From Squalus acanthias (Eukaryota), in assembly GCA_030390025.1 (NCBI GenBank), contig CM059432.1, positions 146,570,001 through 146,634,000 on the forward strand: a stretch of 64,000 nt of DNA. The letters are read 5' to 3'. The notes under the pieces are model-generated. The model saw only the letters and a list, made by a program, of their open reading frames with translations, was not told the DNA's origin and ran no database searches. Positions 1 to 11,542 of this stretch are shown piece by piece. The position numbers were made by a program, and so were the translations under genes. Within the stretch, counting starts at the first letter, position 1. Each line of letters opens with the position of its first letter.

Positions 1-520
1 CGTGTTCGCAAGTGAACAGACATTCTGGAGGGAGATGCGGAGAGGGTCGGTGATGGCTGATCCACTGCCAACGTCCACAGGGTCAGCACTGGGGGGGATG
101 AGTTGGATGGGGTGGAGATTGGCATGATTTGCCCTCAGTGGGTGCGCTGGGCAGGAAGGTCAGCGAGAGAGTAGGATGGGACAGTTGTGGTTGCTGCTCA
201 TAAGGCGACAGCGACGAGTTCCTCGATGGGCCCTTCGTAGGATGCCAGGAGAGGCACAGAGGGAAGCTGTAGGCTTATCTAAGAGGGAGTCAAGCCTGGG
301 ACGGTGGCAGGAGAGTAGGAAGGCCGAAGAGTAATGAAGGATTGGGGTAGGGATTTGGGAGGGCAGAGTATCTGAGAGAGGAGAGATGAAAGGAGGCATG
401 ACGACAGGAGAATGCGGTCAGGGAGGGGTAGAGAGAAAAGGAAAATGGGGGAAAAAGTGGAATGGCTCGGGTCCGGAGTAGCAGCCAAAGTGCGCACGCG
501 AATGGACACAGGGAAAAGCT
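1..520 (-). mobile_element. L2-like LINE, 5' part of ORF2 (start of AP-endonuclease), truncated by window edge
   Basis: Reverse complement of 1-50 reads PLRISLQNVCSLAN, a typical L2 endonuclease N-terminal motif; preceded by a C-rich leader. Right boundary approximate. Confidence 0.6.
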
Positions 521-825
521 CAGGTTACATGGGCCTGTTTAAATGTAATAATTAATGGGATACATATTTCCTGGTAGCAGGGAACAGGTTGGAGTCAATA
601 GTAGGGAGAATAGGGTCAAATTCAGAGGTCCCATGGAAGGACAAAGCTGACATAAGCAGGATGAGTCAATATGGAGCATCGATGAACCGCTGTCCAAAGC
701 AGGCGAGTGAAGTCCAGAAGCTATTTGAAGGATAGAGAGTTCGAGGATGGACGTTGTTGCTGTAGGAATGATGTTGTTGCTGTAGGAATTCAGCAGAGTT
801 CCAGAACCATGGTCATAGGGCATCA

Positions 826-2037
826 GTGACTAAGGTGACATCAGGGAAAAATAGAAAAAAGTTAAAGCTAAAGGATCTATATCTAAATGCGCAAAGCATT
901 CGCAACAAAATAGATGAATTAATAGCACAGATAGAAATGAACAAGTTTGATCTAATAGCCATTACAGAGACGTGGTTACAGAGTGAGCAAGGTTGGGAAC
1001 TAAATATTCCAGGATACTTGATGTTTAGAAGAGATAAGCAAAATAGAAAAGGAGGGGGGGCAACCCTGATAATAAAGGATGGGAGAAAGACAGTAGAGAG
1101 AAAGAATCTTAGTCCAGAAAACAAGATGCAGAATCACTTTGGGTGGGGCTAAGAAACAACAAGGTACAGAAAACACTGGTGGGAGTAGTTTATAGACCCC
1201 TAACAGTAGTTGTAGTGTCAGGAAAATATAAATCAGGAAATTAAAGGGACATGTAATAAGGGTAATACAGTAACCATGGAGGACTTTAATTTTCATGTAG
1301 ACTGGGCAAACCAAATTTACAGCAATAGTACTGAGGATGAGTTCATAGAATGCATTCAAGATAGTTTTCTAGATCAGTTTGTCGAGGAACCAACTAGGGA
1401 ACAGGCTATTTTAGATCTACTATTGTGCAATGAGACAGGGTTAATTAATAACCTTGTAGTAAAGGAGTCTCTGGGGTGCAGTGATCATAATATGATAGAA
1501 TTTTATGTTGAGTTTGAGGGTGATTTAGTTAAGTCAGAAACTAGGGTCTTAATTCTGAACAATGCAAACTATGTAGGTATGAGAGGTGAGTTGGCTAAGG
1601 TAGGTTGGGAAACTAGATTAAAAGGTATGATGAGAGCTAAGCAGTGGCAGACATTTAAAGAAATAACTCATAATTCACAACGAATATACACTCCCTTAAG
1701 GAATAAAAACCCTACCAGAAAAATGGTCCAACCGTGGCTAACAAGAGAAGTTAAAGATAGTATTAGATTAAAGGATGAAGCTTATATTGTTGCTAAAATG
1801 AGTAATAAGCCTGAGGATTGAGAGGATTTTAGAATTCAGCAAAGGATGACGAGAAATTGATAAAGAGAGAGAAAATAGAATATGAGAGTAAACTAGCAAG
1901 AGACATATAAACAGATTATAAAAGCATCTATAGGTATGTAAAAAGGAGATTATCAAAGTAAACATGGGTCCCTTACAGGCAGAGACAGGAGAAATTATGA
2001 GGAATAAGGAAATGGTAGAGGCATAAAACAAATACTT
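826..2037 (+). mobile_element. CR1/HER1-type LINE ORF2, endonuclease region (degenerate), 5' part
   Basis: ORFs 826-1152 (YLNAQSIRNK, IAITETWL) and 1276-1821 (DFN, EEPTR, ILDL, SDHN); continues at 3797 after an insertion. Confidence 0.93.
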
Positions 2038-3796
2038 GGGCCGCGATATTGCTGACCTTGGCGAGTCTGTGCCGGGTCCTGACCCCGCTGCTGTCTCCAT
2101 CCCGGCCTCTGAAATGAATTTCCCCTGATTGGGCTTGTTAAGGTTGCCCAGCGCGTTTGCCGACCAATTACAGGAAGCGGGTCTAGTGACGTCATTTGAT
2201 GGCGCATCATCAGCCGGTTTCCTTAAAGGGACTATGGCCAACTTTATTTTGACATTTGTGTTGTCAGTATTCTACAGCATTGAGGTGCTGCAAACACTGA
2301 CAATCATTGCACAGAGATGCAGGGCTGCACCCAGGTTCTCCCATGACTCCCTCCATATACTTATGGAGGGAGTCACAACACACAGGGAGGTCCTCTTCCC
2401 TTCCCATGGGTGGAAGAGACCTCCCCAGGAGAACAACACAGCCTGGTTGCAGATTGCAGAGGAGGGCACAAGCAGGGATGTCATCAGAAGGACCTGGGTG
2501 CAGTGGCGCAAACCTTTCAATGATCTCATTAGATCATGAAACGTTAGTACAAAGCCACACTCAACTTCATCCTGCTGTGCCTCTCATCACATCCCCATCA
2601 CTCTGCCTTCCCTACCCTACTCCTGCACATCCTTACTCACACCAACTTACCTTGCACCTCCACCCATCCCTCTCTATATACATTATCACTTCCCCATCTC
2701 ACTAGCCACCCCTCAGACTCACCCTCATCCTAGTGCAATCATACCAACTAACAACAGACAAGGGTAGACACTTGGGTGTTTTATGTAATATTCATGTAAC
2801 GTTTCTGTTAATGTGCTGTCAACCATTGAAACCTTTATTTTCAACACTTTGCCTTCTTGGACAGATTTGTGTGCACCTTTGCAAGTGACTTAGTGAGTTG
2901 CAGTGAATGGTGAGACATAATGGTACCCCCCGCAATGGTGATGAGTGTGAAAGGAATGGCTTGGACATTGTAGGGATGCTTTATGGTGCTGGTGTGGCAT
3001 GTTGCCAACCTGGCGCATCATGTGACAGCCAGGGTGTACAGTGTCAAGTGAAGTAAATCTGGCCATGGTGAGGCCATCCCAGGCCTCCCGGGCAGCAATG
3101 TGGTCGGGTGCTGATGCCCTCTGTCCTGTGCAGCATCAGCTGATTATGGAAAAAGTTGGTGGTGGTGTTGATGATGCTGCTGGTGTGCCTGGTGATGCTG
3201 GTGTTGGGGCTGATTGTGATGGGATTCTGAGGACCAAGGTGAGAGACTATAAAAGGCACCCATGCTGATGGAATAGACGGCAGGTGAAGCAGAGCTGATC
3301 AAAGCGATCTGTCAATGGTGGGAGAGGTAATGAGGTCAGACTGGAGGGAGACTTGTGTAAAGACTTGCAGCATGGTGAATCTGTTGTGGAAATGCTGAGA
3401 GGAAGAGCTTGTGGCTGAGGGAAGATATCTCTGTAAGGTGGGAACTTTTACTGTACATTTGAAGCTGTCAACTCAACAGCTGATTCAATGGCCACTGAAC
3501 TCCTGCCTCAGCTTGACAGATGCGAACCCTGAGCAGCGAGGACCCCGTGGGCGAACACGTAAAATCAAAAGGTGAGCTCAAATGTGTTCTTAATCATCTC
3601 TAAACAGGGCCATAATGACCTGAATTGGGCCCCTCGTCGCTGTGTGTCGGGTCTGCTCAGCGGTGACTGACCCGACATTGGGGAAAGGTGCGTGGCGGTG
3701 GGTTCACAGCGGGGTCCTGACCCGCCGGGGGAAAAACCACCTTCCTACCTGACCTGCCACCAATCGCACCCGCTGACCCCCCTGGAAAATCCAGCC
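2038..3796 (+). mobile_element. Non-autonomous PIF/Harbinger derivative carrying a Myb/SANT-like exon (copy 1)
   Basis: Interrupts CR1 cleanly (AAATACTT|...|TTTGGTATCTGTC); imperfect TIRs GGCCGCGATATT / AAAATCCAGCC; ORF 2129-2539 contains RAAPRFS...W..IAEE...RTW.QWRKPFNDL. Confidence 0.85.
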
Positions 3797-4710
3797 TTTG
3801 GTATCTGTCTTCACGGAAGAAGACACAAAAACATTCGGGAATCAAGGGTCAAGCGAGAATGAGGAACTTAATCCCCTGGACCTGATGGCTAACATCCTAG
3901 GGTTCTAAAAGAGGTGGCTGCAGAGATAATGGGTGCATTGGTTTTGATTTTCCAGAATTCCCTAGATTCTAGAATGGTCCCTGTGGATTGGAAGGTTGCA
4001 AATGTAACCCTGCTATTCAAGGAAGGAGGGGGAGAGAAAACAGGGAACTATAGATCAGTTATCCTGACATCAGTAGTAGGGAAAATGCTTGAATCTATTA
4101 TTAGGGATGTGGTTACAGGGCACTTAGAAAATCATAATATTATTGGGCAGAATCAACACGGATTTATGAAAGGAAAAACATGTTTGACAAACCTAATAAA
4201 AGTTTTTTGAGGTTGTAACTAGCAGGGTAGATAAGGAGGAACCAGTGGATGTGGTATATTTGGATTTTCAGAAAGCATTCGATAAGGTGCCACACAAGAG
4301 GTTATTACACAAAATTAGACCTCATGGGATTGGGGTAATATATTAGCTTGGATTGACGATAGAAAACAGAGAGTAAGAATAAACGGGCCATTTTCAAGTT
4401 GGCAGGCTGTAACTATGGGGTATTGCAAGGATCAATGCTTGGGCCTCACCTATTTACAAGCTATATCAATGACTTAGATGAGGGGACTGAGTGTAATGTA
4501 TCCAAGTTTGCTGACGATACAAAGCTAGGTGGGAAAGTAAGCTGTGAGGAGGCTGCAAAGAGGCTGTAAAGGGATATAGACAGGCTAAGTGATTGGGCAA
4601 GAACATGGCAGATGGAATATAATGTGGAGAAATGTGAAGTTATCCACTTTGGAAGGGAAAATAGAAAAGCAGAGTATTTTTTAAATGGTGAGAGATTGGG
4701 AAATGTTGGT
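3797..4710 (+). mobile_element. CR1 LINE ORF2, RT region (degenerate), continuation of 826-2037
   Basis: ORF 3914-4210 (WKVANVT, GNYRS, QHGFMKGK); downstream YLDFQKAFDKV and KFADD motifs in shifted frames. Confidence 0.93.
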
Positions 4711-4719
4711 ATCACTGTA

Positions 4720-4990
4720 CTGATAGGAGGCATATTGCTGCTACCATTGACCAAATGACTGAGCCACCATCTGCTGTCTGGCCGCTCTGCCCTCTGCAGC
4801 CATGCCTCCCTCGGGGGGCCACGCCCTATGGTCCCAGTGACATCCTGGTTGGGATCCTCCAGATCGTTCATATCCACTGGCATCTCATCTGCCAGGTTAA
4901 GGGTGAGTTCTTCCCACAGGGCAAAGTTATGCAATGCACAGCACACCGCCACAATCCTCGATGATAGGCAAAAGAGACCATATTTTCCGA
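4720..4990 (-). pseudogene. HARBI1-like Harbinger transposase C-terminal fragment
   Basis: AVCCALHNFA followed by an acidic segment in ORF 4461-4952, the DDE_Tnp_4 C-terminal signature. Confidence 0.65.
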
Positions 4991-5136
4991 CTTACTATGT
5001 GCAATACCATGAGAGATGGACTAGTAACAAAGAAACTACTGTTGCTGATATAAGCAGACAAATGCTTAGTGCAATAAAAACAGAAAATGCTGGAAATACT
5101 CAGCAGGTCAGGCAGCATCTGTGGAGAGAGAAACAG

Positions 5137-5173
5137 AGTTAACGTTTCAGGTCGATGACCCTTCGTCAGAACT
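5137..5173 (-). ncRNA. Minimal type-I hammerhead ribozyme (Penelope-associated)
   Basis: Reverse strand AGTT-CTGACGA-A-GGGTC-ATC-GACCT-GAAA-CGTT-AACT. Confidence 0.75.
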
Positions 5174-5433
5174 GGAAAAAGTTGGAGATCTCTCCCACAT
5201 GGCAGCTGTTGATGATTCTGCCATTGCCATTTACACTTCATCTAGACTCATCTTTTGTTTCTTAACTTGTCCCATTACCATCTCCTTTTGCCTTGCACCA
5301 CCATCCCCTTTGTCTCTTAATCTCTCCTGCCTTCCATCCTATCACAGACCTTCCCTTTTGTTCTTTCCTCCCCTCCCCCCTCTCCCTGCCCCCTACACTT
5401 GCTTAAAAACCTGTTCCATCTCCAACTTTTTTC

Positions 5434-5470
5434 AGTTCTGACGAAGGGTCATCGACCTGAAACGTTAACT
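5434..5470 (+). ncRNA. Minimal type-I hammerhead ribozyme (Penelope-associated)
   Basis: AGTT-CTGACGA-A-GGGTC-ATC-GACCT-GAAA-CGTT-AACT: CUGANGA and GAAA cores, stems I and II, palindromic ACGU stem III. Confidence 0.75.
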
Positions 5471-6944
5471 CTGTTTCTCTCTCCACAGATGCTGCCTGAC
5501 CTGCTGAGCATTTCCAGCATTTTCTGTTTTTATTTCAGATTTCCAGCATCCGCAGTATTTTGCTTTTGTATAAATGCTCAGTGCGCCTGCACGGGATTTC
5601 TTTGTCCAGTCTTTTATCAGAGAATCTATGCTATTTAAAATAAATTGGTTAACATCTGCGTTAAATTAGTGGAAGAAGGAATGTCACTTGTTACATGTTG
5701 AACATTCCTCTGTTAATATGACCACCAATAATTTTGAGATCTATATATTTTTCGGCCAATATTTATGAGGTCAAGTTCAGGGAGGCTGCTCTTCTGGATT
5801 GGTGCCTGACTCGACTGTCCACGATAACCCCGTTTCTCTGCACCTTGATCCCGTCTAGCGAGGCTCTGCTCTGGGCATGCAACCTCACTGAATTTATCCA
5901 GTTGTCAGCTATCCAGAAAACAATTGAAGTACCATACATATTAAATGCCATTTGGTTTGTTGTAATTATGCCAGTAGTTTTGTGTTGAATAAGAGCCACC
6001 TGGCACTATACCATGTTGATAGAGCTGGCTTTATGAGAAGCAAATTAATCATTTAATTCTGTCATCAGAAAAGCTGAAGCAAGTATTATTATAGCCCTAA
6101 ATCATATCCTCTCATAAAGCTATCAGGATCAGAGTGTGATAGCATAAGTTCTTCTGATGTTATCTGGGAGGGTGAGAATAATTATCAGATGTGTTGATAA
6201 GTTCATTGGGTTTGACAGATATTGAGCGAGTCTTTGTAAGAGAAAACAAGGAGGTCGGCTATGCAGCAGAGTCTGAGTGAAATTTTCTGAGTCTCTTAAT
6301 CCAATTTCATGTGAGCGTGGATCTACAGCCCAAAATTTGCCAATAATTGGACCCACCAACAATCTCATGCAAAGAAGTTGTCGTCTATTTTGAACTCCCT
6401 CAATGTTAACTAAATTACTGATTGTGCATTTGGACCAATAAATCAAACAGGGTTTGTCTCCGGATATAATCAGTAGATGGGGACCTTTTCTAACAAAGGA
6501 AATCGGCTATTATTTGTTTAGGTTTTGAATGTGATGTAATTATGCAAATTAGCCGTGGCTCCTGGGATATGTAATTTTGTATTTTCAGCCATCAATTCAG
6601 CTCATATCCCATGTAATTATGTAGGAAGCGGGTGGATTTGTAAGCTTGAAAGTTGTTCCTTTTTGTGCCCTCGTATTTCAGCACTGGTGTGTCTTGTAAG
6701 GAGCACTGAATTTTCTTTTCTGCCTTTACTGTTTTTGTAAAGCCTTTTTTTTTGCATCCAAGACTTTTCCGCAGTCATTTGCTCACTGCTGTTTTGTAAC
6801 TTGCAGCTAATAAATAGTGCTGAGAATGGGAATCTCTTTGGGTCTTCATTGTTATGCATGATTCAGATAAGGTGGACAGTTTCGTCAGGAGACATCACAT
6901 GCAAGTGGATGACACCTTCGAGTGCTGGGCACCGTTCTGATCTC

Positions 6945-7218
6945 CATATTATAAAAAGATATAGAGGCGCTGGAGAAGGTGCAAAAAAGATTCACAAGGA
7001 TGATACCAGAACTGAGAGGATTTACTTATCAGGAAAGGCTGAACACAGGCTGGGGCCATAAAGATAGTCACCGATAAATCCAATAGAAATTCAGGAGAAA
7101 CCTCTTCACCCAGAGAGTGGTGAGAATGTGGAACTCGCTCCCACAGGGAGTGGTTGATGCATTTAAGGGGAGGCTAGATAAACACATGAGGGAGAAGGGA
7201 ATAGAAGGAAATGCTGAT
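6945..7218 (+). mobile_element. Degraded CR1 3' fragment
   Basis: TTCACCCAGAGAGTGGTGAGAATGTGGAACTC (FTQRVV..WNSLP) motif. Confidence 0.8.
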
Positions 7219-7323
7219 AGAGTTCTGACGAAAGGTCATCGACCTGAAACGTTAACTCTGTTTCTCTCTTCACAGATGCTGCCTGACCTGCTGAGTATTT
7301 CCAGCATTTTCTGTTTTTATTTC
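7219..7323 (+). mobile_element. Short Penelope pLTR end containing a hammerhead ribozyme (7219-7259)
   Basis: AGAGTT-CTGACGA-A-AGGTC-ATC-GACCT-GAAA-CGTT-AACTCT followed by the same tail as 5470-5535. Confidence 0.8.
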
Positions 7324-7588
7324 TGACAGGGTTAGATGGTTTAGAGGGGATTTGAGGAAAAACTTTTTCACCCAGAGGGTGGTTGGAATCTGGAACTCAC
7401 TGCCTGAAAGGGTGGTAGAGGCAGGAACCCTCACAACATTCAAGAAGCATTTAGATAAGCACTTGAAACGCCATAGCATACAAGGCTACGGACCAAGTGC
7501 TGGAAAATGGGATTAGGATAGACAGGGCTTGATGGCCGGCGCGGACACGATGGGCCGAAGGGCCTCTTTCTGTGCTGTATAACTCTAC
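7324..7588 (+). mobile_element. CR1 3' end with (ACTCTATG)n-type tail
   Basis: FFTQRVVGIWNSLP coding remnant, GGGCCGAAGGGCCT 3' hairpin; tail resumes at 8482 after the MITE. Confidence 0.85.
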
Positions 7589-8481
7589 GGGGTAAAAATT
7601 CAGTTGGTTGCGCCTCCCGTTAGCGCCTTAAGAGGGCGCTAATGGGGCGCAAAGCCGCTAACGCCCGGGCGCAGCGATGTTTGCGCCGCTCAAGAACTTA
7701 ACTTGAGATTGTGCGGCGGCGCTAAAACTTACCGCTGCGACCACCTGCGCGCGCAGATTGTGACGTCATTCCATGGTGCAACGCCCTTATGGCGCCCCGG
7801 AGCAGAAATTGAGTGGCGCCCCCTGCCTTACCGCCTGGCGCATCCAACGACCAGAAGACTGGAACGCTATCAATCGCTGTGGGGCTGGGGGGGGCGCTAT
7901 TTAAAGGGGGCCTCTTCCTGTCTTTTATTGTTGGTGGCATTTTTGAACTACGCATTCTGAGAGAGAGAGGGAGAGACTTCTGGAGAGATTCAACGTTGTG
8001 GGAAGGAGTTTTGGGTACTGAGCAGCACTTTGCAGGTTCATTTTGATTTGCCATTCCTTGTATCGATTTAGCAGAGACTGTGGGAGCTGCACTCTGAGCT
8101 CTTTGCCTGGTACTCTCCATTGTTCTTTCCAGCACATTTGATGTGCAAGTCTCTCCAGGCCGAGATTCAAGGCTGCAATGAGCAGGATGTGGATGGAAAG
8201 CAAGATTAACCATCCCCTTTAAGAACTGGCCCGTGCCATTGTGTGTGTGTTCCATTGCTGACTGACATTACATGAGCTTCGCCAGCGCTCCGAGTTAGCG
8301 CCTCACTCCTTGGCCTTTGCGCCTTAAGAGAGGTGTGCAGCGCCTGCTTTAGCGCTCCACTCACCTCCCGGGGCGGTAAAAGTGAAGTTTCCAGTCAGTG
8401 CCGATAATTAGCACCAGGCGCTAATATTTGCGTCCAGACGATATTTGCGCCCCAAATGGGGCGCGACCTAATTTCTACCCC
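7589..8481 (+). mobile_element. MITE family A (~0.89 kb, Harbinger-like), copy 1
   Basis: TIRs GGGGTAAAAATT / AATTTCTACCCC; flanks TAC/TAT; many GCGCC/GGCGC subterminal motifs; homologous to 11543-12434 and 21376-22254. Confidence 0.88.
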
Positions 8482-9031
8482 TATGACTCTATGAAGAGGG
8501 CTGGGAGGAGGCTCCTGTGGAGCATAAACGTTGGCATAGACCAGTTGGGCCGAATGGCCTGTTTCTGTGCTGTGGACTCGATGTAATTCTATGTAACCTC
8601 AGGCGGTATGTGCACACCCACCAGTATTCTCACACTCCTATTAATAGGCCCCAACAATTGTAACCGTGGCACGCCTGAGATCTATCTTTGCTGCCTCCAG
8701 CTCACGGAAGAGGCTGTGACGTAGTAATGATGTTTGCTTCAGGTTCACCTGAAGGCAACTGCATGAATTGGGCTGGCTCTGCCTGGAGGCACATTAAGCT
8801 CCTGTTTATAGAATTTTTCCAGGACGTCAGCCAAATCAGCCAGTCTGCTTCCATAGATTCAAAAAGTAAGAGGAAGATGGCATGCTTGCCAGAGAAAAGG
8901 AGGAAACAGATGGAGAAGTTGCAGAGCTTTTCCGTAGGGTAATATTTCCAAGAGTTCAGGCATTTTCGATAGCATCCATGTGGCCATTCCAGTGCAGCTT
9001 CATCGTTAAGAGCGCAAATTTGAATACTAAT

Positions 9032-9756
9032 GACCCAGATTTTACTGGAGTTGGCATCTGTCAAGTAGCAGCCCTGTTAATTAGACATTTTTCCCCGCAC
9101 CCTTCAACTAGAACAAATGTTGCCTTGCAAGTTGCTGGAAGTGCAAGCTAATAACGGCACAGCGAGGGCAACGGGGTATCTGGGACATTAGTGAATGATG
9201 GGACCAACAGGCTATCTCCTTAACCAATGAGATTAAAGGATTGAGAAAGAAACAGAGGAATGATGGAGAAGGACATAGGGAGAATTTGAAATCAGGTACA
9301 GAAAGTAAAATAAAAAGAGGGAAAGAAAGATTGAACTGAGATGAAGAGAAAAAAAGAGACAGAAAGGAAAAGTAAGTAAAAAGAATTTAAAATCTAAAAC
9401 CTCTAAGAACAATTTACTACCTGTAGGAATGAGACTCCACAGTTTAAATTGTTCTCTTTCTGGGCTGAAGAGGTTGAGTGGCAATGCAGGAAGAATAAAT
9501 CTCCTCATTAAAAAGATATTTAGACTGTTAAGTAGCAGCCCTAACTTTCGGCAGCGAGTTTAATTGGCAATTAAATGCAGCAATTTCCTGAAACTCACGG
9601 GGAGGTTGAAGTTGAGTTGCTGTTTCGAGAGGCTAACTTGTGTCGATTCGCAACTCAGGGGTATCTCTTCCTCGCCACAGGCTGCTGGATGATTTAAATA
9701 ACAATAACAGTGAGCGCCATTAAACTGGCTGATATTTTGGCAGCAAAATCTGGACC
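9032..9756. mobile_element. Older MITE-like element
   Basis: Imperfect TIRs GACCCAGATTTTACTG / CAGCAAAATCTGGACC; purine-rich interior; no coding capacity. Confidence 0.5.
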
Positions 9757-9924
9757 ATTATGTTTCAGTACAAGCTTGAAGTGTACCCTACAGCATTTGC
9801 GCAATGAGAGTGTTGAGAAAAGGTAAACGGATATCTCCATGATTTGCATGTTATTTCCCTGCAGGAACAGTAGCTCATCATATACAGTTGTGCCATGCCT
9901 TCTTTACCCCAATGGTAATACAGT

Positions 9925-10925
9925 TTCCAATGAAGCTCACTGAAAGCTTGAGGGGCACAACCTCATCTTTCGATGAGGCACTATACAACCTTCCAGACTC
10001 AACACTGAGTGCAATCATTTCAGATCATAACCACCGCTCCCATTTTTTTGGACATCAGGGGCGTGATCTTGCCAGCCCTAGGGAGGCGGGTATGGAGGCG
10101 GGACTGCCGGGAAAATGGCAGAATTTGGGGGCGGGTGCCCAACCCGCCTCCATGCCATCTTGCCAGGTAGTTCACAGGCAGATAAGAGGATTATCCCCAT
10201 TTTGCCCACACAAGTGCGGGCTTCCTGAAGGCTCCGAACCCCGCCAGGGTCACCGAGGCAAGTAGTGGGTCTGCGGGGGTCGGAGGGGTGCAAAAGTGCG
10301 CTGTGAAGGTAAGTGATAGGTGTAAGTGTGGAGAGGTGAGTATGTGAGGTAAGTGGAAAGTGTTAGAAAAAGTTTATTTACTCTTGTTTCTTCCTGCAGG
10401 TAGAGATGACAGATGGCCATTGCATTCTCCGATGCAACAACCATCTAATTTCTGCAAAAAAAGAGGTTTGATGAGGTCTTGAATTCAATAACTCATCAAA
10501 CCACAGAGAATGTCAGTGTTTGACAGCTTCACAGAGCTGTCAAACGATGACAATTCATCTGTCAACATTTTTCGACAGATGAAATGTCATAGGTTGACAT
10601 TCTCTGCAACCGGCTTTCCCTTAATTGGCCTGCTAGGCCCACTGGGCAGGCTTAACAAGGTCAATCAAGGAAAAATAGCATGGATTGGCCAGAAGTTGAT
10701 GGAGGCGGGACTGAAACCCGACAAGTGGGAGTCCCGCCTCCAAAAGCTCTCCATTGGCAAAATCACCCCCTCGGTGCTGGTAATAGTTCTGCTGTTGCCA
10801 TTTACAGCTCCTCTGGACCCATCTTTTGTTTCTTTACTTGTCCCATTACCACCCTGTTTTGCCTCACAGCATCACCCCTTTTGTCATTTAATCACTCCAG
10901 CCTTCCACCCGATCACAGACCTTCT
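9925..10925 (+). mobile_element. Penelope 3' end/pLTR fragment interrupted by a MITE
   Basis: 10021-10057 and 10771-10925 join to match the reverse complement of ~58700-58890 and 5210-5352. Confidence 0.75.
10058..10770 (+). mobile_element. MITE family B (Harbinger-like), copy 1
   Basis: TIRs GGGGCGTGATCTTGCC / GGCAAAATCACCCCC; flanks TCA/TCG; homologous to 49419-50265 and 57806-58599. Confidence 0.88.
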
Positions 10926-11047
10926 GAGAAAATTACATTTTTGATAGCTGTAAAATACTCCTGAGGAGCAACTAAATGAATTAGCAACAGCTCTTTGATC
11001 CACGAAGGGACTCTGAGTCCCACATTAGAATGGCTAGCTGCTACTCT

Positions 11048-11290
11048 GACATTTGCACATTCTCCCCGTGTCTGCGTGGGTTTCCTCCGGGTGCTCCGGT
11101 TTCCTCCCACAGTCCAAAAATGTGCGGGTTAGGTTGATTTGGCTATGATAAATTGACCCTTAGTGTTAGGGGGGGATTAAATATGTGGGGTTATGGGGAT
11201 AGGATGGGATATGTTAGGGGGCATTAAATACGTGGGGTTACGGGGATAGGGTGGGATATGTGCAGGCTCGATGTGGGGATTCTGTGTGAG
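11048..11290 (+). mobile_element. HE1-like V-SINE (5' truncated)
   Basis: V-domain TTTGCACATTCTCCCCGTGTCTGCGTGGGTTTCCTCCGGGTGCTCCGGTTTCCTCCCAC; internal ~45-bp duplication. Confidence 0.85.
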
Positions 11291-11412
11291 AAAGCAGGGA
11301 CAGGGTACTGGATTTGGATGATCAGCCATGATCGTATTGAATGGTGGAGCAGGCTCGACGGGCCGAATGGCCTACTCCTGCTCCTAGTTTCTATGTTTCT
11401 ATATTTCTATGT
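11289..11412 (+). mobile_element. CR1 3' UTR with (TTTCTATG)n tail
   Basis: Matches 46340-46465. Confidence 0.85.
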
Positions 11413-11542
11413 AACTGGCAGATAGTGCCGGGTGTCTTTGACGCGTCCTTGCAGGCGTGTCGATAATTTCAGAAGGAGTCTGCCTCGGGTGTTGAAGGCA
11501 GACTGGGGTTCTGCCCCATAGAAGAGGTGTCTTATAGATAAA

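Larger units (their letters stand above)
5072..5570 (+). mobile_element. Penelope-like pseudo-LTR with an inverted partial copy at its 5' end
   Basis: 5075-5190 is the reverse complement of ~5418-5530; same sequence family flanks the Penelope ORF at 57745-58890. Confidence 0.85.

Noticed and set aside
5763..5900. Possible terminal coding exon (LHAQSRASLDGIKVQRNG...)
   Set aside because: No convincing splice acceptor and no recognisable protein family.
8688..9030. Possible internal exon (TTTTTCCAG at 8822, GTAAGA at 8866)
   Set aside because: Very short, no recognisable peptide and no partner exons found.
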